Virus record (IMG/VR): IMGVR_UViG_3300031857_000094
Coordinates: 18,569-82,568 of that record
DNA: 64,000 nucleotides
Reading direction: 5' to 3' (one strand)
Source of the DNA: a virus
Position numbers and translations under genes: made by a program. Shown here piece after piece: positions 1 through 11,200 of the stretch. Position 1 is the stretch's first letter. Each line of letters starts with the position of its first letter. The notes below the pieces were generated by a model, which was not told the DNA's origin, ran no database searches, and was given only the letters and a program-made list of their open reading frames with translations.

Positions 1-188
1 CCAGGCGCATTTTTAATGTTTTCTCTAATGTTGTCTCTTATGAGAACAATTTCTGTATTGCTATACATCGTTTCCTGATCGCGTGGATCAGGTGTTGAGC
101 TTATCGTTGAATTTATGTTTTTGATGTACACACCAGACCAGTCTTGACTTGAAGTCTTAGTGAATTTTTTAATAGCTCTAACAGTCAT
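1..188 (-). CDS. Hypothetical protein, truncated by the window edge (MTVRAIKKFTKTSSQDWSG...)
   Basis: ATG at 188 preceded by GAGG; open to position 1; read manually. Confidence 0.6.
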   Translation of the reverse strand, partial: MTVRAIKKFTKTSSQDWSGVYIKNINSTISSTPDPRDQETMYSNTEIVLIRDNIRENIKNAP

Positions 189-212
189 CTAGGTTCCCTC
201 TAAAATCAAAAC

Positions 213-1253
213 CTATTCTATGAAATGAGGTTTTGATCGAAACTTGTATTGTTGTTTAGTCGAAAATCCAAGTCTATTTATATACTTTAAACCGTCAATG
301 AATATGTTATATATTTCTGAATTCTTATGTTCAAACATGAACATATCTCTTGCGCTAACAGAAGTAGAAATAGATTTGGGCGACATGAAAACCAAAGGAT
401 GTTTTAAATCATACAGCAGTTTGTTTAAGATTTCATTTTCAGTTTCGTCAGCATCACCGTAATTATTGATTCTTTTGTATGTGTTAACAACGTGTGCTTG
501 TTTCCTTATGATGTTCGTTGCAGTAAAGTGAACATCCGTATAGAAATTTACTCGTTGAAAATTTTCGTCGTGATACTTAGATCCATAATCAAAGAAAGAA
601 AGATCTACGAAAAAAACGTTAGATTTATGACCTATCCGATAGTCAAGATTTACTTTGTCGGTACCCATGATATAACAGGTATCTTTAGAGTTTTGATGTC
701 CGATAAACTTTTTAAGATCATGCCAAAATAAAGTGTGAACGCTCCTAAATCCGCCAATATGTTTAGTCCACTCACGGCCGTGATTAGAAAGAGCAGTGAA
801 GTTAATCTTTGGGTCGTTAAACCATTTAGTATAGTCGGCGACTGTGATTTTCGTGTTGGGTAAATTTAATCGACTAAGAGTAGGAAATACATTTTCATAT
901 AACTCTCCGTTATGATTTTCATCACTTCCCTTATAGCTATCTCGAGCCAAAGCTCCAACCACAAGAATTTCATCGATATGAATGTTGTTATAGTAAAAAG
1001 TTTCTAAGATGTTTGTAGAGTCATGCCCACCAGAATAACAAAGAATAACATACTTGTATTTGTCCCTGATGTACTGCGCACGAATTTTGTAAAGAGTATC
1101 TAATGATTCATGTGGCTCTGTTTTCCAATCTACCATACGCATTTCTTTATCATAAAAATAAAGATAACAGTTTTTACCAGAAAGAAGAGCATCTATTTGA
1201 TTATTGTAAATATCGCCGTCTTCATCATAGTAGTAGATTGAATCAGTTATCAT
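213..1253 (-). CDS. PP-loop (adenine nucleotide alpha-hydrolase-like) protein
   Basis: VILCYSGGHDS motif; 346 aa. Confidence 0.65.
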   Translation of the reverse strand: MITDSIYYYDEDGDIYNNQIDALLSGKNCYLYFYDKEMRMVDWKTEPHESLDTLYKIRAQYIRDKYKYVILCYSGGHDSTNILETFYYNNIHIDEILVVGALARDSYKGSDENHNGELYENVFPTLSRLNLPNTKITVADYTKWFNDPKINFTALSNHGREWTKHIGGFRSVHTLFWHDLKKFIGHQNSKDTCYIMGTDKVNLDYRIGHKSNVFFVDLSFFDYGSKYHDENFQRVNFYTDVHFTATNIIRKQAHVVNTYKRINNYGDADETENEILNKLLYDLKHPLVFMSPKSISTSVSARDMFMFEHKNSEIYNIFIDGLKYINRLGFSTKQQYKFRSKPHFIE

Positions 1254-1998
1254 CTATGAATTCAACTTTGTATTTGGTGTTAGGATATATCGTTCTCTTT
1301 GCTCTTATCGCAGCAAGAGCTTTTTTATATGGTAATCCATAATCATAGTTCAACTTAGGTCTAAATGGAACGTTGTATATTCGGTACTTGAAATCTTGAT
1401 GATCGCCTCCATCATATTCTTTTTGCATGGCTTTAACAAGTTCTGGAGTCCACATGAAAAAGTATATACTGTTATCTTCATGAATCAGCACATCATTATA
1501 GAAATCCCACTCACTAACATCGTCGTATGCATGCTCTCCAATAACAGCCACACCACCCATTTCTTCAGCGTATCTACCTGCCAATAAAGCCGATACAGAG
1601 TCTGAACCTATACCATTGAGTTTCATGAAGATATCATCGTAATAGATCTGAAGCATTTCAGCTTCGGTTTTTTGAATAACAACGGGTTTTAAACTATGTT
1701 TTTTGCAGTAGTGAAATGCGTAAGATGACTCTAGCTTGTTGCCTGGAGTATCAACGATAATTGGCGTAGGATATAGATGTTTCAGACAGTCAAACACAAA
1801 CTCTGAATCCATACCTCCGCTGAGGGGAACATATAGTTTCTTACTGATCCATGAAAAATCTGTGATTGTGTCGAACAGAGCTTGTTCCCAGGTTAAAGTT
1901 TCAACTTCTTCAACATCATGCCAAACTTTCAAATCTGCTGCTGGATTTGTGAGACGCTCTGCTATATTAGTTTTCAGCCAGTTGTTTTTCGTTGCCAT
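1243..1998 (-). CDS. PP-loop (adenine nucleotide alpha-hydrolase-like) protein
   Basis: LYVPLSGGMDSE motif; start reassigned to ATG of MATKNN. Confidence 0.6.
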   Translation of the reverse strand: MATKNNWLKTNIAERLTNPAADLKVWHDVEEVETLTWEQALFDTITDFSWISKKLYVPLSGGMDSEFVFDCLKHLYPTPIIVDTPGNKLESSYAFHYCKKHSLKPVVIQKTEAEMLQIYYDDIFMKLNGIGSDSVSALLAGRYAEEMGGVAVIGEHAYDDVSEWDFYNDVLIHEDNSIYFFMWTPELVKAMQKEYDGGDHQDFKYRIYNVPFRPKLNYDYGLPYKKALAAIRAKRTIYPNTKYKVEFIDDN

Positions 1999-2428
1999 TT
2001 TTCTTAGTCCCAAAGACTAGATCCCAAATCGGAAAGAACACTCCGTAGTTTTTAGTAGGATCTTCATGATGCACCAAATGCCATCTACCACTAGTTAGTA
2101 TTGGATACAGATTGACTTTGGGATTGTGTTCGATTGCTTCTTGTATGAATGCAGCCCAAACATAGTAGAAACCAAACAGCCACCAATGGCCAGTTACAGC
2201 AGCTAAGACGAATGTAGGAATGACTTCGGTCAGCCACTGATCGACTGTGCTTTTCCAGTTGTCGAACCAGAGAAAAGCGTTTTTCCAGTTAAGGCCTTGA
2301 ATGGTAGATTGGGTTACTTGCTTATGATGATCGTTGTGGAACTTGCGCATGAACGACCACACATGCGCAAGTCTGTGCATCCAGTAGATCATAAACGTCC
2401 ATAGAAGAAATACTAATGCGTAGGTCAT
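1967..2428 (-). CDS. Fatty acid hydroxylase / sterol desaturase family membrane di-iron enzyme
   Basis: His boxes HRLAH, HNDHH, EH and HLVHH, followed by NYG..FPIWD.VFGT; hydrophobic segments. Confidence 0.85.
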   Translation of the reverse strand: MTYALVFLLWTFMIYWMHRLAHVWSFMRKFHNDHHKQVTQSTIQGLNWKNAFLWFDNWKSTVDQWLTEVIPTFVLAAVTGHWWLFGFYYVWAAFIQEAIEHNPKVNLYPILTSGRWHLVHHEDPTKNYGVFFPIWDLVFGTKKNGNEKQLAEN

Positions 2429-2829
2429 CTATCATTAGCTGTAATCTTATCAATCATTTCTTGAATTTGTTCGTCAGTTAATGTGTCGAACTGAGTTTCT
2501 AGTTTACTCACATCAACAGTAAAAGACGTATTTTTCAGTTTGATAATATCAGACATAGATGTATCAATGTCTGGCGCTTGAACCTTTTCCAAAGTTTTCA
2601 ACCACTCAATCGGTGCTTGTTTAATTATGAAATCTTCTAATTCTTTTCCAATAGGAGCTGGAATAGGAAGTGTCAGAGAAACATCAGAACGACATCTTAC
2701 TGGAGTTCCATCTTCGTTGCGATTAGAATCGCTAGCCAAAAACTCTTCGGAAAGAATATCTGTCCAGTATCTCGCTACAATCAAATGATCACTGGGCCAT
2801 ACTTCTACGATTTTATAATGTAAGTTCAT
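2425..2829 (-). CDS. Hypothetical protein, possible tail-fibre-associated chaperone
   Basis: 134 aa, coupled by ATGA overlaps, directly after the fibre gene. Confidence 0.5.
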   Translation of the reverse strand: MNLHYKIVEVWPSDHLIVARYWTDILSEEFLASDSNRNEDGTPVRCRSDVSLTLPIPAPIGKELEDFIIKQAPIEWLKTLEKVQAPDIDTSMSDIIKLKNTSFTVDVSKLETQFDTLTDEQIQEMIDKITANDR

Positions 2830-4205
2830 GCTATTGGTCCGTTTCTAGTTCCTGTTGCTATGTATCTAGTTATATTTGCATTGCCTGTTACAGCATTACC
2901 CTGAGAACCTGTAGGTCCAGTTGCACCTGCTGGAGCAAAACCAAAACCACCCGCTCCTGCTGGACCTGTAGGGCCCGTTGCACCAGCATTGCCTGGAGCA
3001 CCCGCAGGACCAGTTGCTCCCAAGTTTCCTTGAGCACCAGTCGGTCCAGTAGCTCCAGCTGCACCACCTCCGCCACCAGCACCATTGTTGAAGTTATTGT
3101 TAAACGATCCAGCGCCACCAGCGGCGCCTAAGTTACCACCGACACCACCAGATCTTGGCGTCGCATTAGTAACGGTTCCGCCATTACCACCACCATTTGC
3201 TGATCCTGCACCAGCGTTTGCTGCTATAGTTCCAAAAGATGTTCCTCCAGCACCGCCAGGAACACCTGCGCCACCGCCACCACCAGCACCAGTATTCGCA
3301 ATAACACCTTTACCGTCGGAGTATCCGCCGCCACCACCGCCGCCGCCACCGCCGCCAGATCCGCCTGGACCACCAGGTCCGCCAGGTCCGCGAGCACCTC
3401 CTGGACCGCCAGGACCGCCAGGACCAGCTGCACCGCCTGGACCACCAGGACCACCTGGTCCGCCTGTTCCACTTAAACCACCTGGGCCTCCTGCGCCACC
3501 AGGTCCGCCTGTTCCGCCAGTGAATGTACCGCCAGCATTATCTACAACTGTAATCAATCCAGTTACAGAGGGAACAGTGAAAGAAGACCCACCTGTTCCA
3601 CCAGATCCACCAGCGTTGCCTGGTCCGCCAGCATTAGCAGCATTGCCTGGTCCGCCAGCATTTCCTGGCGATCCGTTATTTCCCGTGCCGCCTGGTCCGC
3701 CTGTTCCACCATTATTTCCTGGTCCACCTGTTCCACCAGCGTTGCCTGGAGATCCACCTGCTCCAGGATTACCTGGAGCGCCGTTAGCTCCATTTCCACC
3801 ACCACCACCAGCACCAGAGTTACCAGGAGTACCAGTATTGCCTGGATTACCAGCTGCACCTGGATTACCTGTTGTTCCTGTGTTTCCAGCTGCACCAGCG
3901 TTTCCTGGTGTTCCTGGATTTCCGTTAGTTCCATTATTACCAGGAGTTCCAGCGTTTCCTGTATTTCCGATTCGACCTGTAATCGTATTGTTATTGTCGA
4001 CGTAAACGAGCGATCCACCTTTCCATCCAGATCCTACGTCGAACGCTGGTGTTGCTGGAGAGTTAGAAGTTACACCAGCATTAATGAAGCATAGCAAGTT
4101 AAGCGGATAAGCTGGGCTTCCCGCTTGAGTATAGAGATTGACGTTCGTAGCAGCATTGCTGATCGTAACGACTTTTGTTGGTCTTGCTAATAATGCTAGA
4201 AACAT
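2826..4205 (-). CDS. Collagen-like / glycine-rich tail fibre protein
   Basis: Long Gly-X-Y runs (GNP/GTP/GGP/GAT/GPT) plus a poly-Gly segment. Confidence 0.8.
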   Translation of the reverse strand: MFLALLARPTKVVTISNAATNVNLYTQAGSPAYPLNLLCFINAGVTSNSPATPAFDVGSGWKGGSLVYVDNNNTITGRIGNTGNAGTPGNNGTNGNPGTPGNAGAAGNTGTTGNPGAAGNPGNTGTPGNSGAGGGGGNGANGAPGNPGAGGSPGNAGGTGGPGNNGGTGGPGGTGNNGSPGNAGGPGNAANAGGPGNAGGSGGTGGSSFTVPSVTGLITVVDNAGGTFTGGTGGPGGAGGPGGLSGTGGPGGPGGPGGAAGPGGPGGPGGARGPGGPGGPGGSGGGGGGGGGGGYSDGKGVIANTGAGGGGGAGVPGGAGGTSFGTIAANAGAGSANGGGNGGTVTNATPRSGGVGGNLGAAGGAGSFNNNFNNGAGGGGGAAGATGPTGAQGNLGATGPAGAPGNAGATGPTGPAGAGGFGFAPAGATGPTGSQGNAVTGNANITRYIATGTRNGPIA

Positions 4206-4213
4206 GTTATCCC

Positions 4214-5044
4214 TTACTTAACGTCTGGGAGATAAGATCCATAAAGATTCGTACCATCAGAATAGAATGTAAACAAGTCTCTTGCACCAACTGTTGTTGT
4301 GAGCGAAGGAGCTACACCAGCAGGCCACTTGAATACACCGTTCCATGTGATAGTGTAGCTACCCGATCCACCTTGAATGACGCTTAGAATATATGTGCCA
4401 ACTTTAAGATTCGTTGGAGCAGCCATCGTACGCGAAGCGCCAATAGTTACTGTAGCAACGCGACCTAGTGATGTATCCCAAGTGATCGTAGCTTGATCTG
4501 TCAGAGTCTGATTGAGGGCGTTTGAACGATCTGTGGTTGTGCCGTTGAGTGTAGTATTACCACCAACGAAAAGATTCGTTGAAACAGTAGCACGTCCAGT
4601 TACACCAAACCAACCAGTGGCGTTTGCTGTAGCTCCAGAACCACCAACAGTAAGAGTTTTAGACGCACCACCAAGAGTCGTATTACCAGAAACAGTTAGA
4701 TTTGTTCCTACTGTAGCGCGCCCCGTGATTGTTAAAAGATCTGTGGTTGCATCGCCTAGATTGATGCCGCCATTTACGTTCAGGATACCGCTGATAGTCG
4801 TGTTACCAGCTACGTTAAGATTTCCGTTCGCGCTCAGGAGTCCATTAACGATAGTTCTGTTTGAGCCAGTAGTACCTAGTCGTGTAGATTGAGAAGAAAC
4901 GAATCGAACGTTGGCTGTAATAGTGTTTGCATATAGCTTTGAGTTGTCAATGGCAAACTGACTTAGGCGATCAAATGCTTCGTTTGATCGTGTTCTCCAT
5001 GTATCAAATGTGTTGGTTAGAGCAACGTTAGCAATTTTTGCCAT
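4214..5044 (-). CDS. Tail fibre / virion structural protein
   Basis: N-terminal TNTFDTWRTRSN motif typical of T4-like fibre proteins; repeated (T/N)LxVxGNTT beta-strands. Confidence 0.65.
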   Translation of the reverse strand: MAKIANVALTNTFDTWRTRSNEAFDRLSQFAIDNSKLYANTITANVRFVSSQSTRLGTTGSNRTIVNGLLSANGNLNVAGNTTISGILNVNGGINLGDATTDLLTITGRATVGTNLTVSGNTTLGGASKTLTVGGSGATANATGWFGVTGRATVSTNLFVGGNTTLNGTTTDRSNALNQTLTDQATITWDTSLGRVATVTIGASRTMAAPTNLKVGTYILSVIQGGSGSYTITWNGVFKWPAGVAPSLTTTVGARDLFTFYSDGTNLYGSYLPDVK

Positions 5045-5047
5045 TGG

Positions 5048-5263
5048 TTATCCTATCTTGTCTAATAGACGCTGCATGAGCGTTTTGAGTTCGTTGACTT
5101 CCTGTCTTAAGTTATTTATATCTTCAACAGCAGACTGAATTTCCTGCTGTTTTTCGCGTTTCTTTTTGTAGGCTTGCAAAGCGGTTAAGTTAGTGTTCAA
5201 AATCGCTTTGCTATCCATATCCCTGATCAGCTCAGGGTTTTCTTTTACCTTGGCATATTTCAT
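5048..5263 (-). CDS. Small coiled-coil protein of the kind found downstream of VrlC-like genes in T4-like phages
   Basis: LIRDMDSKAILNT plus a C-terminal coiled coil. Confidence 0.6.
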   Translation of the reverse strand: MKYAKVKENPELIRDMDSKAILNTNLTALQAYKKKREKQQEIQSAVEDINNLRQEVNELKTLMQRLLDKIG

Positions 5264-5264
5264 G

Positions 5265-8200
5265 TTAAATCATCAGTGCTATAGCTCTCAAGTCTTTGAC
5301 TCGAGGTGGATTACTGCTTGTGCTATTCGTCAGAACGATCTTAATCGCGAAATACTTAAACTTGCTATATGCAGCACGAGCAGAGTTGCGATACTCAATG
5401 ATACCTGTCGAGTTGTTAGCGCCCGAACGAGCCGTATTGGTATAGTTCGGAACATCGTAAACTAGTTCAAGGAAATCATTTTTATTTTCGCTTGACGAGT
5501 AACGAGTTGCAGCAGTAAAGCCCTGAGATTCGTTAAGCTCCATTGGAATCCAACGAACGTCAGCCATACTATCATTATCTTCAGCCGCAAGGATCTTGTA
5601 GTAAACAAAGATGTTCGATCCGCTTGGCTTATAAGCCGTCAGATAAACGCGGAGATCTTCAGCGTCCTGTCCGTCTGCGAGGCCAACGATACGTGTGATA
5701 TATCGTGTTTCAGCGTTTCCGCCAAACTTGACATAATCTTCTGAGCTACCGATAGCGGCGTTCGTGCTGATCAAGTTATGAGTATGATACAATGCAATAC
5801 GATCAAGATCGATAGCTGGAGAAGCTACGATATTTCTTCCGTCGATCTCATACTTGATTTCCAACGATCTGTTCGTAGCCATAGTAGCAGACGAAGCAGA
5901 AGTGTTAGATTCAATGCTACGACTCAGAACATAACGTGGAGAGCTCAGCTCTGTGTCGCCGTTGATGTTCACTCTGAAGAATGAAGAGTCGCGAGCAGAT
6001 GTAGATGTTGCCATCTTAGCGAAAGCACGAACTTGATTATTCGATGGAACAATCATGTTAGTGATCAGATTCATATTATCAATTGCAACGTTGTTGATAG
6101 TTACGATGCGAGCATTGTATCCACTTGTCTGACCTTTGATATACGTATCAGTCGCGAAAGCACGAGCGTTGGCAAATGCAACGCCGCTATTAACATATGA
6201 AGTATTTGCTACAATCAATCTTGTATTAGCATAGTTGATTGCATCATAGTATGTTACGCGACCAACTGGATACGTGGCTGATGTGATTCCACCAGTTGAG
6301 TTACCAGCGAGCGGCGAAGTCGTTGGGCTTGCGCCAAGACGGAAACGAACTGCTTCGCCACCACGGAACTTAGCTCCAGTCGACACGTCACGAACAACAA
6401 CGTGATTTGCGCTGACAGAAACGATCTTACCAGTAGCACCAGAAGTCATACCCTGAACGAACGAGTTACCTGTAGCAGTATTACCTTTCAGTCCATTTCC
6501 TGGAGTGAACGTTCCCACCAGTCTCGTTTGACCATGAACAACTTCACCAATGCTTGAAAGAGCACCAGTTGTATTTGCGATTGTTAAGTGATCACGAGCT
6601 GGATTCTTAACGATCAACGTACCTACTGTAGATTTGTTAAACTCAGCATAGTATGCTGTGAACTTAAGATCTTCTTTTTGTTCTGGCTGGAATACTCTCT
6701 GATTCGCAGAAACGAACAGAACACCAGCGGCTGGCTGTTCAGAAACAATTGATTTGTCAATTAAATCTTTTCCTCCTAAAACAGCTGTATATACAGAGTA
6801 ATAGGGACTACCAGACTCTGGAGTGATTACGATAGCATATTCAGTTTCATTCGACAAATGAACTGGCGAAGGGAAATATACTGGCGTTGCTGCGCTAGAA
6901 TCCGCACTAGTATTAACTTCTGCAGATGTTAAAGTTACTCTAGAATAAGGAACAACTTTCATCGTTACAGCAGATGTAAGTGGATCTACTTCACGAATAT
7001 CAATTGTAACGCTTCTGATATTATCTTTTGAAGCAAAGAACAAATCAAATTTCGTTAGATACATTCCAGAAGTTTGTGTTTTCGTAGAAAGTATGCTATT
7101 AATAAAGAAACTTTGTCCAATAGGATCGCCATGTGCTGGAACTTCTGGTGGTACCCAATCACCTCCATCGTCATTATCTTCTTCTGGAGCTGGAATAGTT
7201 CCGACAACAACCTGTCCACTTGATGTTGTAACTGAACTTGAACTTCCATATGTTGTTGAGTTCAACGCAGATTGAGTTATTTCAACAGATTTAGTTGTAA
7301 CTGTAAGCGATGAAACTGTTTGAGCCAAACCTTCTGCAGTATAAGTTGCTTCACAAGATGTAACCAACTGACCAAATGATCCAGAATTTGTTGGATTATC
7401 AGTAAATCTAAGGCGTTTTGCTCCAGTTCTAAACTTCAAAGAAGAATCATTTGGCAGTTGGAACGCGCCATAAGCAGTGCCATAAGCATCTGTTACAAAA
7501 GCAGAACCAGCAGCAGCTGCAGGAGTAATTGGTGCTCCTGTTATCGTTTTAAGACCAGAGGTAAACTCTGCTTCTGTAAGTGGTGTAACATATGCATTAA
7601 CATCAACTCCGTCAAAAAATCCATAAACGCGAATTGATGGCATCATTCCTTGCATCTTGAAGAGAATTTGACGCGAGCGCATGTATGGGATGATTGAAGT
7701 ATCTACTACGATATTACCATAAGATGCGGTCGTTGTAACAAATCCGATACCAGTTTGTTCGCCAGTTTGCGTTGTAATAGTAGGAGTAGCATAGTAATTT
7801 TGAGTTTGAGTATCCTGATAGATGATTTGAGAACCATCTATCTGAGTAACAGCATATGTACCGCCAACATTATTTGTCGCGCTTCCTACCAGAACAGGAG
7901 AGCCTGTAAAGCTAGTAATAGGTGCATTCCAATTTGCAGGCCATGTTGATGCTAGGTATTCCCATGAGTCCGTATTTAAATCAATTGTAATATTCGTATC
8001 TGGACCTTCAACCGTATCACACCAATAATCGTTATCAGGAAGAAGTGTTAGTGTACCAACGAAATTCCAAATAGCACCAGCGCAGTTTCTTGTTGTTGTA
8101 GCGTATGGTTGATTAACAAGAATTTTGTGCGAGTATGGAAGCGTTACGAGTTTACCAGCAGTTGTTGCTGTTACAGATGAAACATTTGCTGATTCACTTC

Positions 8201-11200
8201 CGCCAACAGCACGATTTCCAACTACAGTAGCTCCAGCTGCAAAATTAACAATTGCATCCTCAACATACAACTTATTTCCAACCCTATGTCTAATTGTAGC
8301 GGATGGTGTGCTACCAATTTTTACTTCGGTACCAGGAAGGAAAGCTGATGATGATGGTGTAGAAGAAAGAACAATAACTTGATCTCGCGACAAACCAGCA
8401 GGCGTTACGTTCGTGCGAACAACGTTTGCTGAGTTGGCAGTCATCACGAGTGGCGTTTCGTCGTTAGTGAAACGTGGGCGCATTTCGCCCTTAGTAGGAT
8501 CAATAGCAACCTTGTAGTCTAAATCAAACACGTTACCGACAGCATGTGTCGTGAACGAATCCACGAGGATACCGTTCTTGAAACGATCTAAACCGTTGGC
8601 GTCTTGAACAAGCAAGTCTTGTGCTGACAGTTCAAGAAGAGTCAGTGATGTGTAGTATTCAAGACGATCGATGCGCTCCGCAATCTTACCAATATCGCGC
8701 ATTGTATAGCGACGATTGTTGAACTTGCGGAACTTGTTAGCCTGATCTGGACGTCCAACACGACGAGCCAGAACTGGAGGAAGTGATGGATATGGAGCAA
8801 GCTCGATAGAAGCCATAGCCATAACATCATTAGGAGCAGGAGGCGTCGCAGGTCTAACTGCAGGAACACCCTTAGTGACTACAAGACTTCCGTCAGTATT
8901 CAATCCGATGATATCAACACGACGCAGATAGTATTCAAGATCTGTCGTAAAGTCCTGGCCCGTAGGTGAGAAGTGCAAGCCACCTGAAGGAAGAACGAAT
9001 GTGTTCGATGTTTTAGGATTGGTAGCAATAGTGCTTGAAGAAAGTACAGTCACAGAATTAGCTGTATCTGTCATGCGTGGGCGGAAATCTACGCAATCAC
9101 GAAGATCGTATGAGATACCTGTAGAAGGTGAAATATATACAGGAATTTCATATGTAAAAATTTTACTTGTGTTTGTTGCAGCTGTTGCATCGTCAACTGG
9201 ATAAGAATCATACGAGAAAAATCCTGTTGGATTTACCCCGTGTGTAAAGTAATCAAACTTAACAAGCAAACGATCGCCAGAAGCGATAGAAAGCGCGCTT
9301 GATGATTTCTTAACTAGACGAGAATGGCTATAATAACTATCTAGCATACCACTGTCTAGTGTAAAGTGTGATGTTACGTCTGTACCTTCAGTTGCAGAAG
9401 CGAAGTCAGCGCTGCTCTTCTTACGAACTGAAATAAGTTTGAAACCATCTGACAGACCGAGCGACCACGGACCAGTTGTATTGGCTGTATATCCAGACCC
9501 ACCACGATTACTGCCGACATGAATCTGTACAAGTCGATTGCGCTGAACGGATTTAGACTGTTCCTGCCCATTAATTTTGTTTAACGTGGAAACAATTGTT
9601 GCACTAAGAGTAGTAGTTAAAGTTTCGTTGATATCAAACGTTGCACCAGTTGATGATGTAATATTGATAGAACGAGCTCCATCTTTTCCAACACCAGCAA
9701 AGTCAAGAACTTGACCAGGGAAAAATCTTTTAAAGAACGATTTACCAGAACCAGTAACACCGTTTACAGGTCCAAGAGTTGTAATCGTAGAACCACTAAC
9801 TGTGCTTACAATAAACGTATTGCTGACTGAAGAAATATAAATCGCGTCTCCAGGATTTACTTTACCATCAATCGTAGCACTAGCTGTTATTGTATTTGAT
9901 CCATTGGTCGTAGAAAGCGTTTCGCTGAACGTTGTAGTATTGGCGTATCCACGAGAAACGACATAAAAATCTGTTCTTGTAGCAGCATCGCTTAGAACAC
10001 CAGAACCGTCAAACGTTCCATCACTAAGGGTTAATGTAGCTATTCCGCCTGTCGTAAAGGACACATTGTTCGAAACATAGAACGAATAATCGTTTCTAAC
10101 GGTTCCTGATGTGGTGCGCAAACGCTTAATAGCTTGGGCTGGAAGACGGAAAACTGCACGATCAAATAGAGGATCTGAAGTGTTGGCATTTAAACCATTA
10201 GATCCAACAATATCTGCTTTACCATAAACAGTACTACCGCCGCCATTGTAACCAATAGACTGCACAGCCGTGAACGACTGACCTGCAGCCATTGTTACGT
10301 CAGTAAGATATAGCTTGTACTGTGCGCTTGGAAGCCCAGGAGTTCCGCTGTAGTATTCGATACCACGAACACGAGCTGTACCAATTTGAGAACCAGAGAA
10401 AACAGTTGTTGAGTAGTTTCTTGAGCTAACGGCATCAGCTTGCGCTGAACGCAGAGAAACGATGCTCTGTTGATTTACATCCCAGTTACCAACAACGTTA
10501 TCTACAATAACATAGTTGCCATAATCAACTAGCGCTTTTGCAGACTGTACTGCTTCTGAATCTGTTGCTTTTTGAATATTTCTGCCAATAGTAGCAATAC
10601 GTTCGATATCATACCCTTTAACGTATGCTTTTCCTGGCTCAGCAAATACAACTAGGAGTTGATTGTTGCCGCCTTCAGCCGAAGTCAGTACCCCTTGATT
10701 GTTACCAGTTTTAAGGTGTTCTTTTACGTTAATCTCGAATCCATTTACAACGTAATCACCAGATTCATCCGCGGTACGTTTTGCGATGTAATCGCGAATT
10801 TGAGAATACTGCGGACGTGTAGAAATCGACTGAACAACGCCATCCTTAACTTGGAAAAGCTCAACGAATGTGTTAGATACTGTAGCAGTAAGAGCAACAG
10901 AGCGAACGTTGGCCGTAAGTTTAAGACGAGCAGCACCAGGAGCGGCATAGTTGTATGAACCGCTCGCTGGATCAAGCAGTGATTCATCGGTTGTTTCTGT
11001 TACAATAGTTTCTGTAATATCAAAACCAACACGAGCTGACGCGGTTGTCGATTGATAATTACTTACAAGAACAGTTTGTTCTGGAACACGAATAAAGTGA
11101 TCTTTGGCATAAACAATACCAGTATTAAATGTGACTGCGGCCCCAAATCCAGTCGCACCAGATGTGATTGAGTTTGCTGAGTAAATCGTTCCACCACCAA

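Noticed and set aside
3085-4005. 306-aa Pro-rich plus-strand ORF
   Set aside because: Antisense shadow of Gly codons in the collagen-like gene; no RBS or promoter context
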